The notes under the pieces are model-generated. The model saw only the letters and a program-made list of their open reading frames with translations. It ran no database searches and was not told where the DNA came from. This document shows positions 18,587-28,272 of a stretch of DNA of 48,754 nucleotides, in pieces. This DNA is from a virus. Taxonomy: Duplodnaviria; Caudoviricetes. How positions within the stretch are numbered: position 1 is the first letter of the stretch; each line of letters begins with the position of its first letter. A program made the translations under genes and the position numbers. The stretch is from positions 1-48,754 of the IMG/VR virus record IMGVR_UViG_3300018073_000007. One strand, given 5' to 3'.

Positions 18587-18595
18587 GGGGGACAC

Positions 18596-19654
18596 ATGAC
18601 CACCGCCGTGGACGCACTGATCGCTCAGGTCAACAAGGAGATGAAGGCCGAGGTGCTGGTGTACGCCAGCGAGATCCCGACCTTCCGCCGAGCCACCACT
18701 GGCTCACTGTCGTTCGACCTGGCCCTCGGTGGGGGCTGGCCGCTGAACGTTTGGAATGAGATCATCGGCCTGGAATCCCACGGCAAGACGGTCATGGTCC
18801 TGAAGACCATCGCCGCCAACATGATGATCAACCCGGACTACCAGGTGCTGTGGGTTGCCTCGGAGGACTTCAACAAGGAGTGGGCCGAGGAGCTTGGCGT
18901 CGACACCACCCGCGTGGTGCTGGCCCTGACCAACGTGATGGAGGACGCCTACACGATCATGCTGGAAGCCCTCGACGCTCAGTCGGTGGACGCCATCGTG
19001 CTGGACTCCTACCCGGCTCTGATCCCCAGCGGTGAGGGCGAGGGGGCGATGGGCGATTCGCTCCCTGGCCTGGGTGCTCGCCTCACCAACAAGCTGATGC
19101 GGAAGTCACCCAAGTCCCAGCGCCGCACCGTGGACGAGCGCGACTGCCTGTGCCTCATCATCAACCAGTGGCGGGACCGCATCGGGGTGATGTACGGCGA
19201 CCCTCGGACCACCCCAGGTGGGAAGGGCAAGAACTTCAGCTACTTCATCCGCGTCGAGGTGGTGCGCGACGAGTGGCTGCTGGATGCCGGCAAGAACAAG
19301 GTCGGCCTCGTCATCAAGGCGCTGGCGATGAAGAACAAGACGGCCCCGCCGATGCGTGTCGGCGTCACGCCCTTCTACTTCACCAACTACGGACCCTTCC
19401 AGAAGGGCGACTACGACCTGGCGTCCCAGCTGTGGGCGATCGCCCTGACCTACGACATCATCACCCGGCAGGGTGCTTGGTACCACTACGCCGGCCAGAA
19501 GTGGAACGGCAAGGAGCCAGTGCTGGCCTCCATGCGTGAGGACCTGGACCTGCAGGCCACCATCGAAGACGAGGTCCGCAAGCTGGTGCTCGGTGACACC
19601 CCGCCGCCACCTCCACCCCTACCCACCAAGAGCAAGAAGGTGAAGAAGGCATGA
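18596..19654 (+). CDS. recA: RecA-like recombinase
   Basis: TGSLSFDLALGGG, GLESHGKT, VLDS, INQWR, TTPGG and KNKTAPP motifs. Confidence 0.95.
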   Translation: MTTAVDALIAQVNKEMKAEVLVYASEIPTFRRATTGSLSFDLALGGGWPLNVWNEIIGLESHGKTVMVLKTIAANMMINPDYQVLWVASEDFNKEWAEELGVDTTRVVLALTNVMEDAYTIMLEALDAQSVDAIVLDSYPALIPSGEGEGAMGDSLPGLGARLTNKLMRKSPKSQRRTVDERDCLCLIINQWRDRIGVMYGDPRTTPGGKGKNFSYFIRVEVVRDEWLLDAGKNKVGLVIKALAMKNKTAPPMRVGVTPFYFTNYGPFQKGDYDLASQLWAIALTYDIITRQGAWYHYAGQKWNGKEPVLASMREDLDLQATIEDEVRKLVLGDTPPPPPPLPTKSKKVKKA

Positions 19655-19926
19655 GCACGCTGCTCGAAACCACTGACGCGATGGTGTGGGCCGAGGAGTT
19701 CTGCCGCATCTTCGATGGCTACGACATCAGGAAGGAAGAACTGGAGGGAAGGACGACTCCCTGTGTCGACCCGGGAACGATGGTCGGCTGGTTCGCCAAT
19801 GCCATGGCGGTAGCCGAGCGGGAGGCCACTCAGAAGCTCTGCCCGCATCCCACGACCGAGCGCAGCGAACTCTCGGAAGACCTGGTGACGTGCGTGAGGT
19901 GCGGCAAGATTTGGAGTAGGGCATGA
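19651..19926 (+). CDS. Hypothetical protein
   Basis: DAMVWAEEF...MVGWFANAM; ATGA overlaps at both ends. Confidence 0.75.
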   Translation: MSTLLETTDAMVWAEEFCRIFDGYDIRKEELEGRTTPCVDPGTMVGWFANAMAVAEREATQKLCPHPTTERSELSEDLVTCVRCGKIWSRA

Positions 19927-20147
19927 CGGCGCGACGGTTCGAACTGCACCGCGACGAGGACGTCACCGGCATCTCGGGGACCGGCGTCGTGGCCGAGGGC
20001 ATCCTCTTCTCTGACGACGTGGCCGTGCTGCACTGGGTCAGCCAGTGGCCGTCAAGCGTCGTCCACTACGAGAAGGGCATGGAGTCGATCGAACACGTCC
20101 ACGGCCACGGTGGCAAGACTCGGATCGTGTGGCTGGACGATGAGTGA
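19923..20147 (+). CDS. Hypothetical protein
   Basis: RDEDVTGISGTGVVAEG...HGHGG; coupled overlaps. Confidence 0.8.
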   Translation: MTARRFELHRDEDVTGISGTGVVAEGILFSDDVAVLHWVSQWPSSVVHYEKGMESIEHVHGHGGKTRIVWLDDE

Positions 20148-20280
20148 TGACCCACGCCCCGAAGACTGCACCTGTCCGTGGTTCGGTGACACAGGTGGCT
20201 TCCGCATCGCTGACTTGACCTGCCCTGTCCACGGCATCGACGGCACCGATCCAGGTGACGGCTACTGGGATGAGGATTGA
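20140..20280 (+). CDS. 46-aa Cys/His peptide (not in ORF track)
   Basis: MSDDPRPEDCTCPW...CPVHG...; overlaps both neighbours. Confidence 0.6.
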   Translation: MSDDPRPEDCTCPWFGDTGGFRIADLTCPVHGIDGTDPGDGYWDED

Positions 20281-20570
20281 AGGAGTGGGAGAAGGAGGAG
20301 CACCGCCTGGCCAAGCGCCGTGGCGGTGTCCGTCAGCCAGGCAGCGGCAGCGGATGGTCCAAGCGCAACGACGTCCGGGAGGCCGGCGTGTTATGGGAGC
20401 AGAAGACCACCGGCAACCGCCAGTACACGATCAAGGAGGACGACTGGGAGGCGCTCCGCAGGCACGCCCTGATGGACGGTCGGATACCAGCACTGCACAT
20501 CACACTGGGCAAGAAGAAGCGTCGCCTGGTCCTGATCGAAGAGGATGACTTTGCCCCGGGAGATCCGTGA
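20277..20570 (+). CDS. PD-(D/E)xK nuclease, Hjc-type Holliday junction resolvase-like
   Basis: E...A......PGSG.....ND.......EQKTT. Confidence 0.75.
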   Translation: MKEWEKEEHRLAKRRGGVRQPGSGSGWSKRNDVREAGVLWEQKTTGNRQYTIKEDDWEALRRHALMDGRIPALHITLGKKKRRLVLIEEDDFAPGDP

Positions 20571-21543
20571 CTCAGCACTGCAGCGACTGAAGGGGACGTA
20601 CAAGTCCAGCAGTGGCCTGCTGCTCCCCCAGGTGGAGCGCCACGTCATGAAGACGGCGACGGGTGGCCGGCCCGACGACCACTCGTCCAAGCACATGCAC
20701 CCCAGTGACATGGCGAAGACCGACTGGTGCGGCCGGCACGACTACTACGCCATCACCGGAGCGCCGGTCGGCAAGGTGTCCAAGGCCAACCCCAGCTTCA
20801 GGATGAGCAACGTCTTCTCCGAGGGCCACGCCATCCACGCCAAGTGGCAGCAGTGGTTCTGGGAGATGGGCGTGCTCGTCGGCTGGTGGCACTGCATGTC
20901 GTGCGGCCACCAGTGGTACGCCATGTCCCCAGCGGAGTGCCAGTTCTGCCAGAGCCTGCGCCTGGAGTACAAGGAGTACCCGCTGCGCCACAACAACTTC
21001 ATGGTGGAGGGCCACGCCGACGCCGCCGTCCACCTCCCCGAGGACAAGGCGCTGGTGGAGATCAAGAGCATCGGCCTGGGCACCCTGCGGTTCGAAGCAC
21101 CCCGGCTCTACCAGCAGTACCTGGACGGCAAGCCGGCCGAGGACATCTGGTTCTCCATCAGCCACCCCTTCGGCTCCCACATGCGACAGGGTCAGCTGTA
21201 CCTGTGGATGGCGTGGCCGGCGTACGAGCGCATCATCTTCGTGTACGAGAGCAAGTTCACGCAGGCGACCAAGGAGTTCGTGGTCGACTACAATAAGTCA
21301 TTCATCGCTCCCGTCCTGGAGACGGCGAAGGATGTGGCGCAGGGGATTCGTGCCGGCATCGCACCGGATAGGCCGATATGGGCCAAGGCACCGGGCGACA
21401 AGGTCTGCTCCTCCTGCGTGTACCGGAGCACATGCTGGGAACTGGAGGAGAACCATGCCGAAGTCGAAGCGCCCGCCCCCGCCCGGGTCCAGCGGTCCAA
21501 GCTTGGCAAACGTCGAGCCACTCTTCGGGCGACCGCAGTTTGA
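20545..21543 (+). CDS. Cas4-like PD-(D/E)xK exonuclease
   Basis: HPS..WC, GHAD..EIKS, QGQLY and C-terminal CxxCxxxxxC. Confidence 0.85.
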   Translation: MTLPREIRDSALQRLKGTYKSSSGLLLPQVERHVMKTATGGRPDDHSSKHMHPSDMAKTDWCGRHDYYAITGAPVGKVSKANPSFRMSNVFSEGHAIHAKWQQWFWEMGVLVGWWHCMSCGHQWYAMSPAECQFCQSLRLEYKEYPLRHNNFMVEGHADAAVHLPEDKALVEIKSIGLGTLRFEAPRLYQQYLDGKPAEDIWFSISHPFGSHMRQGQLYLWMAWPAYERIIFVYESKFTQATKEFVVDYNKSFIAPVLETAKDVAQGIRAGIAPDRPIWAKAPGDKVCSSCVYRSTCWELEENHAEVEAPAPARVQRSKLGKRRATLRATAV

Positions 21544-21946
21544 TATCCCGGAGATCCCTCCCGATCTGACCGGCGTCGATGACACCACGATGATGGCGCT
21601 GTTCAGCCAGTTCGTGCAGTGGCAGAACTACGCCGCCTACCAGTTCGCAGAGGCCGAGGTCGCAGAGGAGAAGGCCGAGGCCACCGTCAAGCGGATGGAG
21701 GCCGAGCACATGGTGATGAACTGGGGTGCGGCCAAGGACAAGGTGACCCTGTCGCGTGCCCAGCAGGCGACGGACCCGGCGATCGACCGGGCCAAGCAGG
21801 ACTTGCTCGTCGCCTATGCACAGCGCAAGCTGACCGCTGTGGTGTACGGCAACTGCGAGCGCTGCGCCCAGCTGATCTCGCGTGAGTTGAGCCGTCGCCT
21901 CGGGCGTGACCCGGTGGAGCGTCGTTCGATGCGCTGGTCCCCGTGA
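21455..21946 (+). CDS. Helical hypothetical protein (possible recombination mediator)
   Basis: GGAGGAG SD; ISRELSRR motif; lies between the nuclease genes. Confidence 0.7.
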   Translation: MPKSKRPPPPGSSGPSLANVEPLFGRPQFDIPEIPPDLTGVDDTTMMALFSQFVQWQNYAAYQFAEAEVAEEKAEATVKRMEAEHMVMNWGAAKDKVTLSRAQQATDPAIDRAKQDLLVAYAQRKLTAVVYGNCERCAQLISRELSRRLGRDPVERRSMRWSP

Positions 21947-22479
21947 CCCGCGGCACCAGGGTCTTGGGCATCGACCCCGGGTTGACGGGAGCGCTCGCCT
22001 TCCTCCACACCGAGAGCGGTGCCGTCGAGGAGCTAGAGGACATGCCGCGGCTCGGCAAGATCGTCAACGCCGCGCTGCTGCCCCGTTTGATAGAGGGATA
22101 TGGACCGGTCCTCGTTGCGGTGGTCGAGCAGGCTCAGATCATGCCCCGCGTGGGTGCCGGTGCAGAGCGGAGCCGCGGTACCGCTGGGGCCTTCAACTAC
22201 GGCGTGAACTACGGCATCATCGTCGGCACCCTGGCGACGCTGGAGATACGCACCGTCTACGTCTCGCCCTCGGTGTGGAAGCGCAAGGCCAGCCTCACCT
22301 CGGACAAGACGCTGTCTCGTCGGCGTGCCAGTGAGCGCTGGCCGTCTCGGGCCGACGACTTCAAGCGGGTCAAGGATGATGGCCGCGCCGAGGCTGCACT
22401 GCTGGCGGCGTGGTGGATGAGCGAGAACGGTGAGCAGCTGCGCCGCAGCAAGAAGCCACCTCCGCTGGCCCTCCACTGA
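21943..22479 (+). CDS. ruvC: RuvC-like Holliday junction resolvase
   Basis: LGIDPG, VVE, PSVWK and DGRAEA motifs. Confidence 0.85.
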   Translation: MTRGTRVLGIDPGLTGALAFLHTESGAVEELEDMPRLGKIVNAALLPRLIEGYGPVLVAVVEQAQIMPRVGAGAERSRGTAGAFNYGVNYGIIVGTLATLEIRTVYVSPSVWKRKASLTSDKTLSRRRASERWPSRADDFKRVKDDGRAEAALLAAWWMSENGEQLRRSKKPPPLALH

Positions 22480-22520
22480 TACGGTCGGTTCCCAGGTCAA
22501 CGACCTGAGGAGCACTCGCC

Positions 22521-22928
22521 GTGGATGATCCGATCGTGGATCGCTGGAACCTGGTCACGCCAAGCGTGGCACCACCCAATCACCGACCCCGTCGACCGCG
22601 TCCCGAACCTGGTCCTGCCGAGCGAGCCATGTTCTCGCGCCTCGATCCCGACGAGGACACCGAGGGCCTCATCATGGTCAAGGGCACGACCACCCCGCAG
22701 TCGCTCGCCTTCGCCATCCAGGGCTACATCTTCAACGACCTGAAGATGCCGACGATCCGGGCCATCGGTGCCGGCGCAGTCGGTCAGGCCTGCAAGGCCA
22801 TCGCCATCGCCCGGGGCTACGTCGCAGTGCGTGGCGTCGACCTCGGCTGCGCCATCGGGTTCGACAACGTCCCAGGTGACAACGGCGGGGAGATCAGCGC
22901 CCAGACGTTCCGCCTCTACATGAGGTAG
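22521..22928 (+). CDS. spoVS: SpoVS-family (Alba-like) protein
   Basis: IRAIGAGAVGQACKAIAIARGYV signature. Confidence 0.85.
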   Translation: MDDPIVDRWNLVTPSVAPPNHRPRRPRPEPGPAERAMFSRLDPDEDTEGLIMVKGTTTPQSLAFAIQGYIFNDLKMPTIRAIGAGAVGQACKAIAIARGYVAVRGVDLGCAIGFDNVPGDNGGEISAQTFRLYMR

Positions 22929-22930
22929 CG

Positions 22931-23455
22931 ATGGCGACCTTCCCCGGTCTGTACCGAGCCAAGGCGGTGAAGATCGAGACGGCAGCAGTGACCGTCCAGA
23001 TCCCCCAGGTCTACGGCGAGGCCGGCGTCATCGTCACCGAGTTCGTCGGAGCACGACCTACTGCCGTGGGCATGGGGTGGGTCACGTTCCGTAGTGGGGA
23101 CCCTGCCTTCCCGGTGTGGCACGGCGAGACAGGTGGCGGTGGAGGTGGCGAGGCCACCAATGGCCTGCCAGCTGGCGGCACTGCCGGCCAGGCGCTGACC
23201 AAGATCGACGCCACTGACTACAACGCCCAGTGGGCGACGCTCTCGGGTGGTGGTGGCGGTGCTCTGGCCTACGTCCACAACCAGTCGACCTCGGCGTCGA
23301 CCTGGACGATCGACCACGGTCTTACCTTCCGCCCCAACGTCACCGTGGTCGACAGCGCTGGCGACGCGGTCGACGGGAACATCACCTACCCCCTAATCAC
23401 CCGAGTCGTCTTGACTTTCAGCGCTGCCTTCAGCGGCATCGCGTACCTGTCATAG
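22931..23455 (+). CDS. Structural protein: gp5/VgrG-like OB N-terminus + fibre-type C-terminal domain
   Basis: GLYRA..VQIPQV..WVTF..GDP.FPVW; GLPAGGTAGQAL.K; WTIDHGL...P.V. Confidence 0.6.
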   Translation: MATFPGLYRAKAVKIETAAVTVQIPQVYGEAGVIVTEFVGARPTAVGMGWVTFRSGDPAFPVWHGETGGGGGGEATNGLPAGGTAGQALTKIDATDYNAQWATLSGGGGGALAYVHNQSTSASTWTIDHGLTFRPNVTVVDSAGDAVDGNITYPLITRVVLTFSAAFSGIAYLS

Positions 23456-23464
23456 GAGAACGCC

Positions 23465-24712
23465 ATGGCCCGCAAGTTCCTCACCGCCATCGACCTGGCC
23501 AAGAACGAACTCCAGAACGCCGTCGTCCAGAACCTGGGGTCGGCCCCATCGGCACCGGTCAAGGGTCAGATCTACATGGACTCCACCGGCAACATCCTCT
23601 ACTGGTACAACGGCTCGGGCTGGGTCGCTGCTCAGGGTGGTGCCGGTGCGGTCCCTGCCACCACAGTCACCCAGTCGACGGTCAGTGATACCAGCGTCGT
23701 CGGTGTCGCTACCACCTACGCCCGTGAAGACCACAAGCATGGGCGTGAGGGTTTCGGCTCGGTCACAGCGCAGACCACGTTCGGTGCGGCCAGCAGCAAC
23801 GGTGCGTCGACCAACGTTCCCCGCGCCGACCACACCCATGGCACGCCTGCCCACGATGTCACTGCTCACCAGTTCCTCAAACTCAGTGACTTCTCATCGC
23901 CGAACACCTCGGTCAGCTTCGCCAGCCAGAAGATCACCAGCCTGGCGACGCCCACCAACTCGACCGACGCAGCGAACAAGGCTTACGTCGACAGCCTCGC
24001 CGCTGGGCTGGCCTGGGTTGCACCTGTTCGGGCGACGACGACGGCCAACATCACCCTCTCGGCCCCGCAGACCATCGATGGCATCTCCATCGTCGCCAAC
24101 GACAGGGTGCTCGTCAAGAACCAGACGTTGGCCCAAGAGAACGGCATCTACCTCTGCGCCGCTGGTGCGTGGACGCGAACGACCGACGCCGATGCCGCTT
24201 CCAAGTTCCCCAACATGTCGCTGATGGTGGCGCTGGGCACCACCCAGGCCGACACTGGCTGGACCTGCACCGCTGACCTACCGATCACGCTGAACACGAC
24301 CCCTCTCCCCTTCGTCCAGTTCAGTGGAACGAACACCGTCGTCGCCGGCAACGGCCTGCTGGCATCCGGCCCCATCTTCAACGTGATCAACGTTGACGGC
24401 AGCCTCAACATCGGTGCCGACTCCGTGTCGGTGGCGTACGCCGGCACCGGCTCTGCTACTACTGCAGCACGCAGTGACCACACCCACTCCATCTACACCC
24501 GCAAGTACGCCGACTTCGCCATCGGCGGGGCGACATCTCAGGTGGTCACCCACAACCTCAACTCACGGGACGTGACCGTCAACGTGTACCGCAACACCAC
24601 ACCATGGGACACCATCGAGTGTGACGTCGAGCGCACGACGACGCAGACCGTCACGCTGCGCTTCGCCGTCGCCCCGTCAGCCAGCGAGTACACCGCGGTG
24701 GTGGTTGGGTGA
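23465..24712 (+). CDS. Fibre/decoration structural protein
   Basis: DAANKAYVD, RVLVKNQT..ENGIY and AREDH.H motifs. Confidence 0.75.
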   Translation: MARKFLTAIDLAKNELQNAVVQNLGSAPSAPVKGQIYMDSTGNILYWYNGSGWVAAQGGAGAVPATTVTQSTVSDTSVVGVATTYAREDHKHGREGFGSVTAQTTFGAASSNGASTNVPRADHTHGTPAHDVTAHQFLKLSDFSSPNTSVSFASQKITSLATPTNSTDAANKAYVDSLAAGLAWVAPVRATTTANITLSAPQTIDGISIVANDRVLVKNQTLAQENGIYLCAAGAWTRTTDADAASKFPNMSLMVALGTTQADTGWTCTADLPITLNTTPLPFVQFSGTNTVVAGNGLLASGPIFNVINVDGSLNIGADSVSVAYAGTGSATTAARSDHTHSIYTRKYADFAIGGATSQVVTHNLNSRDVTVNVYRNTTPWDTIECDVERTTTQTVTLRFAVAPSASEYTAVVVG

Positions 24713-25557
24713 GCCGTAAGTCTCTCGTTCCGATCCAGCTTCCCGCCGACCCCACAGATCCACTGGAGGCTGCGACCAAGCAGTACGTCGACGCGCATGC
24801 TGGTGGGTCCACCGATGTCGTGTGGGTGGGCACCTCTGCGCCGCCCGATCCGAACATCGAACTGTGGTATGACACCGACGAGACGGCCGGCGTTGCGCTC
24901 GACCAGCCCACTGCTGACGCTCTCTACGTCAACACCACCGGGGACACGCTGACCGGGCCACTGACGTTGGCGGGCAACCCTGCCTCTGCTCTGCAAGCGG
25001 CGACCAAACAGTACGTCGACTTGGGGATCAAGTGGGACGTGATCCCTGTCGCTGACCGATGGGTGACTCCCGGTGGGGCGGGCGGCACTGCCTCCTGCTC
25101 GTCGGGCTATCCGCAGTGGATCCCAGTGTTCTGCTCGCCTTGCACGATCAACGGCCTCGGTATCGAGGTGACGACGGCGGGCGCGGCGGCGACGACGATC
25201 AACCTGGCAATCTTCTACGAGCACCCGACGCTGGCGCAGCCGTACCAGAAGCTCGCTGAGTGTGTGACCACAGTGGCGGGCGACTCGCTCGGGTGGAAAT
25301 CCGCAGCGATGACCCCCACCGCCTGGCCTGGTGGGCGTATGTGGCTCGGCTGCGTGCCCAATGGTGGCAACCCAGTCTTGCGTGGCGTCACTGGTTTCGG
25401 TGAGCCGTGGGTCATGTTCGACGTGGCCCAGGTGCCACCCAACCTGACGTATCGATCGTGGACGTACGTGATGGGGGCGACGTGGCCGGCCTACCTGCCG
25501 ACGACTCTCGGCCTCGCCGCTGGAGCCAACCCTAAGATCGCCTTCAAAGTCGCATGA
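24709..25557 (+). CDS. Tail fibre-like protein
   Basis: AATKQYVD twice; YVNTTGDTLTG. Confidence 0.7.
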   Translation: MSRKSLVPIQLPADPTDPLEAATKQYVDAHAGGSTDVVWVGTSAPPDPNIELWYDTDETAGVALDQPTADALYVNTTGDTLTGPLTLAGNPASALQAATKQYVDLGIKWDVIPVADRWVTPGGAGGTASCSSGYPQWIPVFCSPCTINGLGIEVTTAGAAATTINLAIFYEHPTLAQPYQKLAECVTTVAGDSLGWKSAAMTPTAWPGGRMWLGCVPNGGNPVLRGVTGFGEPWVMFDVAQVPPNLTYRSWTYVMGATWPAYLPTTLGLAAGANPKIAFKVA

Positions 25558-25964
25558 TCTACACCCAGGAGAGCACCGATCTTGACGGGGTCGTCACCAT
25601 CACAGCATGGGATCTCGACACCAGCACTGTGACCGTCACTGTTGACGGTGTGGTCACAGTGCAGCGGCCGATGAGTCCTGAGGAGATCACCTACTGGCAG
25701 CCACACGCCGCGACCATTGAAGCCGAGGCCAACGTTTCCAAGATGACCACCGAGTCAGCAGATGCCGTCGACAAGCTGATCCTGGTCATCGAGAACCTCA
25801 ACGCCATCACCGCCATGACGAACGCATCGATCAACCAGAATCCTGCGGCGACCATCAAGGCCGTGGCCCGTGAGTTGAAGACCGTGGCTCGCCAAGTGAA
25901 CCGTGAGGCGAGAATGACATCCGGCGAGACTGACGACACGTACACCGGTCCAGAGGGGGCGTAA
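25554..25964 (+). CDS. Hypothetical protein (possible fibre chaperone)
   Basis: Coupled between two fibre genes. Confidence 0.65.
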   Translation: MIYTQESTDLDGVVTITAWDLDTSTVTVTVDGVVTVQRPMSPEEITYWQPHAATIEAEANVSKMTTESADAVDKLILVIENLNAITAMTNASINQNPAATIKAVARELKTVARQVNREARMTSGETDDTYTGPEGA

Positions 25965-26935
25965 TGGCGGGAGCACTAAAGGTTCGCACCTCTACTGGTC
26001 CTGACGTTTGGACTGTCGTCCCAGGTGGTGGCCTGGATCAGGCCACTGCCGACACTCGCTACGTCAACCTTGCTGGCGGCACGATGACCGGTGCGCTGAT
26101 GCTCCCGACCTCCCAGGGCACCACCGGTTACGAAGCGATCAGCTTCAACTTCGCCCAGGGCACCTACGTCAACCTCGGTGGCGACACGATGACGGGTCTG
26201 CTGACTCTCTCGGGCGCTCCCTCGTCCAACCTGCACGCAGCGACGAAGCTGTACGTCGACACTGTCGATGCCAAGCGCCTCGTCCCGACAAGCATTGGGT
26301 ACTCAGCTGATGGCACCTGGACGAAGCCGGCCAACCTGGTCTACGTCACCGTCGAGGTGATCGGTGCCGGTGGCGGGAGCGGTGGCTGCCCTCTGACTGC
26401 AGCCTCTCAGGGAGCGGCGGCTGGTGGCGGTGGTGGTGGTGGGTACTCCCGCAAGAGGATCATGGCGGCGACCCTCGGGGCGACCGAGACAGTCACCGTT
26501 GGTACCGGTGGGACCGCTGGGACCACGACTACCGCTGGAGGTACGGGGGAGACTTCCTCGTTCGGGGCGCACTGTTCGGCTACCGGTGGTGCCGGCGGTG
26601 CTTTCGGTGTGGTGAGGGCGGAAGGCTGGTGCGCCAACGGTGGCAACGGTGGGACCGGTTCGGGTGGTGACATCAATGTCGCCGGGGGCGCTGGCGAGTC
26701 CGGTATTGTGCAGAACTTCGCTGCCATGTGCAGGGCGAGGGGTGGCACGGCTGGCATGGGATGGGGGACACCAGGTGACAACGGCGGGTCTACGGCGGGG
26801 TCAGCCGGTGTCACCGGCAAGACGTATGGTGGTGGCGCTGGCGGGGCGTTCAGCTGTCAGAGCCAGGCAGCGGCCAAGGCTGGCGGTCTTGGCGGTGGGG
26901 GCCTCGTCTTCGTTACGAACTGGGTGTGGGCATGA
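25964..26935 (+). CDS. Glycine-rich tail fibre protein
   Basis: YVNL.G.TMTG repeats; GAGGGSGG glycine-rich domain. Confidence 0.75.
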   Translation: MAGALKVRTSTGPDVWTVVPGGGLDQATADTRYVNLAGGTMTGALMLPTSQGTTGYEAISFNFAQGTYVNLGGDTMTGLLTLSGAPSSNLHAATKLYVDTVDAKRLVPTSIGYSADGTWTKPANLVYVTVEVIGAGGGSGGCPLTAASQGAAAGGGGGGGYSRKRIMAATLGATETVTVGTGGTAGTTTTAGGTGETSSFGAHCSATGGAGGAFGVVRAEGWCANGGNGGTGSGGDINVAGGAGESGIVQNFAAMCRARGGTAGMGWGTPGDNGGSTAGSAGVTGKTYGGGAGGAFSCQSQAAAKAGGLGGGGLVFVTNWVWA

Positions 26936-27204
26936 GTGATGATGCTGCCGGCGACGGCCTGGAGAAGCTGTCGAACGAGCAGCTGATTCGTCTCCTTCGA
27001 CGCGCTCTCAACACGCGGGAGCAGCTGTCCCACCAGATCGGTGCCGTCTTCGCTGAGAACGTGGACCTGCGCGGTGTGATCCAGGAGCAGTCAGCAGAGA
27101 TCGAACAGCTGCGCGCCCCGCCCGATGTGGAACCCCACCCCGATGTGGAACCCCACCCCGATGTGGAACCCCACCCCGAGGTGTTGGGCGACGTAGCCTC
27201 GTAG
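26932..27204 (+). CDS. Small coiled-coil protein with (PDVEPH)x3
   Basis: ATGA overlap; heptad pattern. Confidence 0.65.
   Translation: MSDDAAGDGLEKLSNEQLIRLLRRALNTREQLSHQIGAVFAENVDLRGVIQEQSAEIEQLRAPPDVEPHPDVEPHPDVEPHPEVLGDVAS
27121..27174 (+). repeat. 18-bp tandem repeat, 3 copies
   Basis: CCCGATGTGGAACCCCAC three times, then a partial copy. Confidence 0.95.
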
Positions 27205-27206
27205 TG

Positions 27207-27542
27207 ATGGCTGCTCATGAGAGCCTGAGCGACGTGCAGTTTGAGTACCGGCACTACCCGCCGTCCGAATCAGGTATCTCATTCGATCAGCACAAGGTGA
27301 TCGCCAAGCGTGCCGGCAGCGAGGTCGGCCACATGTCGTGGAGCCACAAGGGAGTCCACTTCATCCAGGCCTTGGAACCTCGACGTGGCATCGGCACGGC
27401 CCTTTGGAACGAAGGACACCGCCTGGCCTCCGAGAACCCGGGGATCGTCAAGCCTGCTCACAGCGCTGACAGAACCGATTCCGGTGATGCCTGGGCACGT
27501 AGTGTTGGTGGGCGACTCCCACGACGTAGGAAAGAGGCGTGA
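27207..27542 (+). CDS. GNAT-fold-like small protein
   Basis: RRGIGTALW resembles the acetyl-CoA-binding motif A. Confidence 0.6.
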   Translation: MAAHESLSDVQFEYRHYPPSESGISFDQHKVIAKRAGSEVGHMSWSHKGVHFIQALEPRRGIGTALWNEGHRLASENPGIVKPAHSADRTDSGDAWARSVGGRLPRRRKEA

Positions 27543-28264
27543 TGGCCCGAGGACTGAACACCGCCCTCCATCCCAACCGGCAGGTCGGTCGCGGAGCATT
27601 CCCGAAGGGAGCAGGGGACCCTCGCCCTCCCGGCCCGCCTCCTGGTGACATGAACACGCCAGAGGACCTGGCGTCCTTCATGGCGTCGGGTCGGTCGACC
27701 TCCCCCGACATGCGGGGCGCGTACGTTGGTGGTCTGGCCGGCACGGGTGGTGCCATGGCCTCCAGCCCTCATTCTGTCGGCCAGGCCGGGATACCTGGGT
27801 GGGGCGGCGCTGCTGCTGGCAGTGCCAGTGGCTTAGGTGGTGGCTTGGGCGGCAGGAACGGCATGTTCGGTGCTGGGGCGATGGCGGGCACGGGCAACGG
27901 CACCCAGGCCACTCCAGGCCACGCCACCCCACCACTCACGGCTGGCGGATTGCCGGGGACGGGCGGGGCGACGAACACCTCCGGTCCTCTCACCGTTTCC
28001 GGTGGGATCCCCAAGTCATCCGCGAACGCTCCCTCATCACTACCGCCTGGAGGTGCCCCCATGGCAACACAGCCCGCTCAGTTCTCCCCGTACACCGTCC
28101 AGAGTGGTGACACACTGTGGGACATCGCTGAACGGACGACGGGCAGCGGGCAGAACTGGCGTGACATCTACGAGGCCAACCAGGGTGTGATCGGTGGCGA
28201 TCCGAACCTGATCATGCCGGGTCAGCAGTTGAACCTGAGCAGCGGGTTGCCGCAGACACGGTGA
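27542..28264 (+). CDS. Gly/Pro-rich protein with C-terminal LysM domain
   Basis: [13 protein letters not shown]...W..IY.AN...PNLI.PGQ.L. Confidence 0.88.
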   Translation: MARGLNTALHPNRQVGRGAFPKGAGDPRPPGPPPGDMNTPEDLASFMASGRSTSPDMRGAYVGGLAGTGGAMASSPHSVGQAGIPGWGGAAAGSASGLGGGLGGRNGMFGAGAMAGTGNGTQATPGHATPPLTAGGLPGTGGATNTSGPLTVSGGIPKSSANAPSSLPPGGAPMATQPAQFSPYTVQSGDTLWDIAERTTGSGQNWRDIYEANQGVIGGDPNLIMPGQQLNLSSGLPQTR

Positions 28265-28272
28265 CGTGACCG

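Noticed and set aside
20545-21543. Cas4-like gene as a sign of a CRISPR-Cas system
   Set aside because: No repeat-spacer array or other cas genes; solo Cas4-like nucleases are common in phage recombination modules.
27121-27183. 18-bp repeats as a mini CRISPR array
   Set aside because: Head-to-tail with no spacers, and in frame in an ORF.
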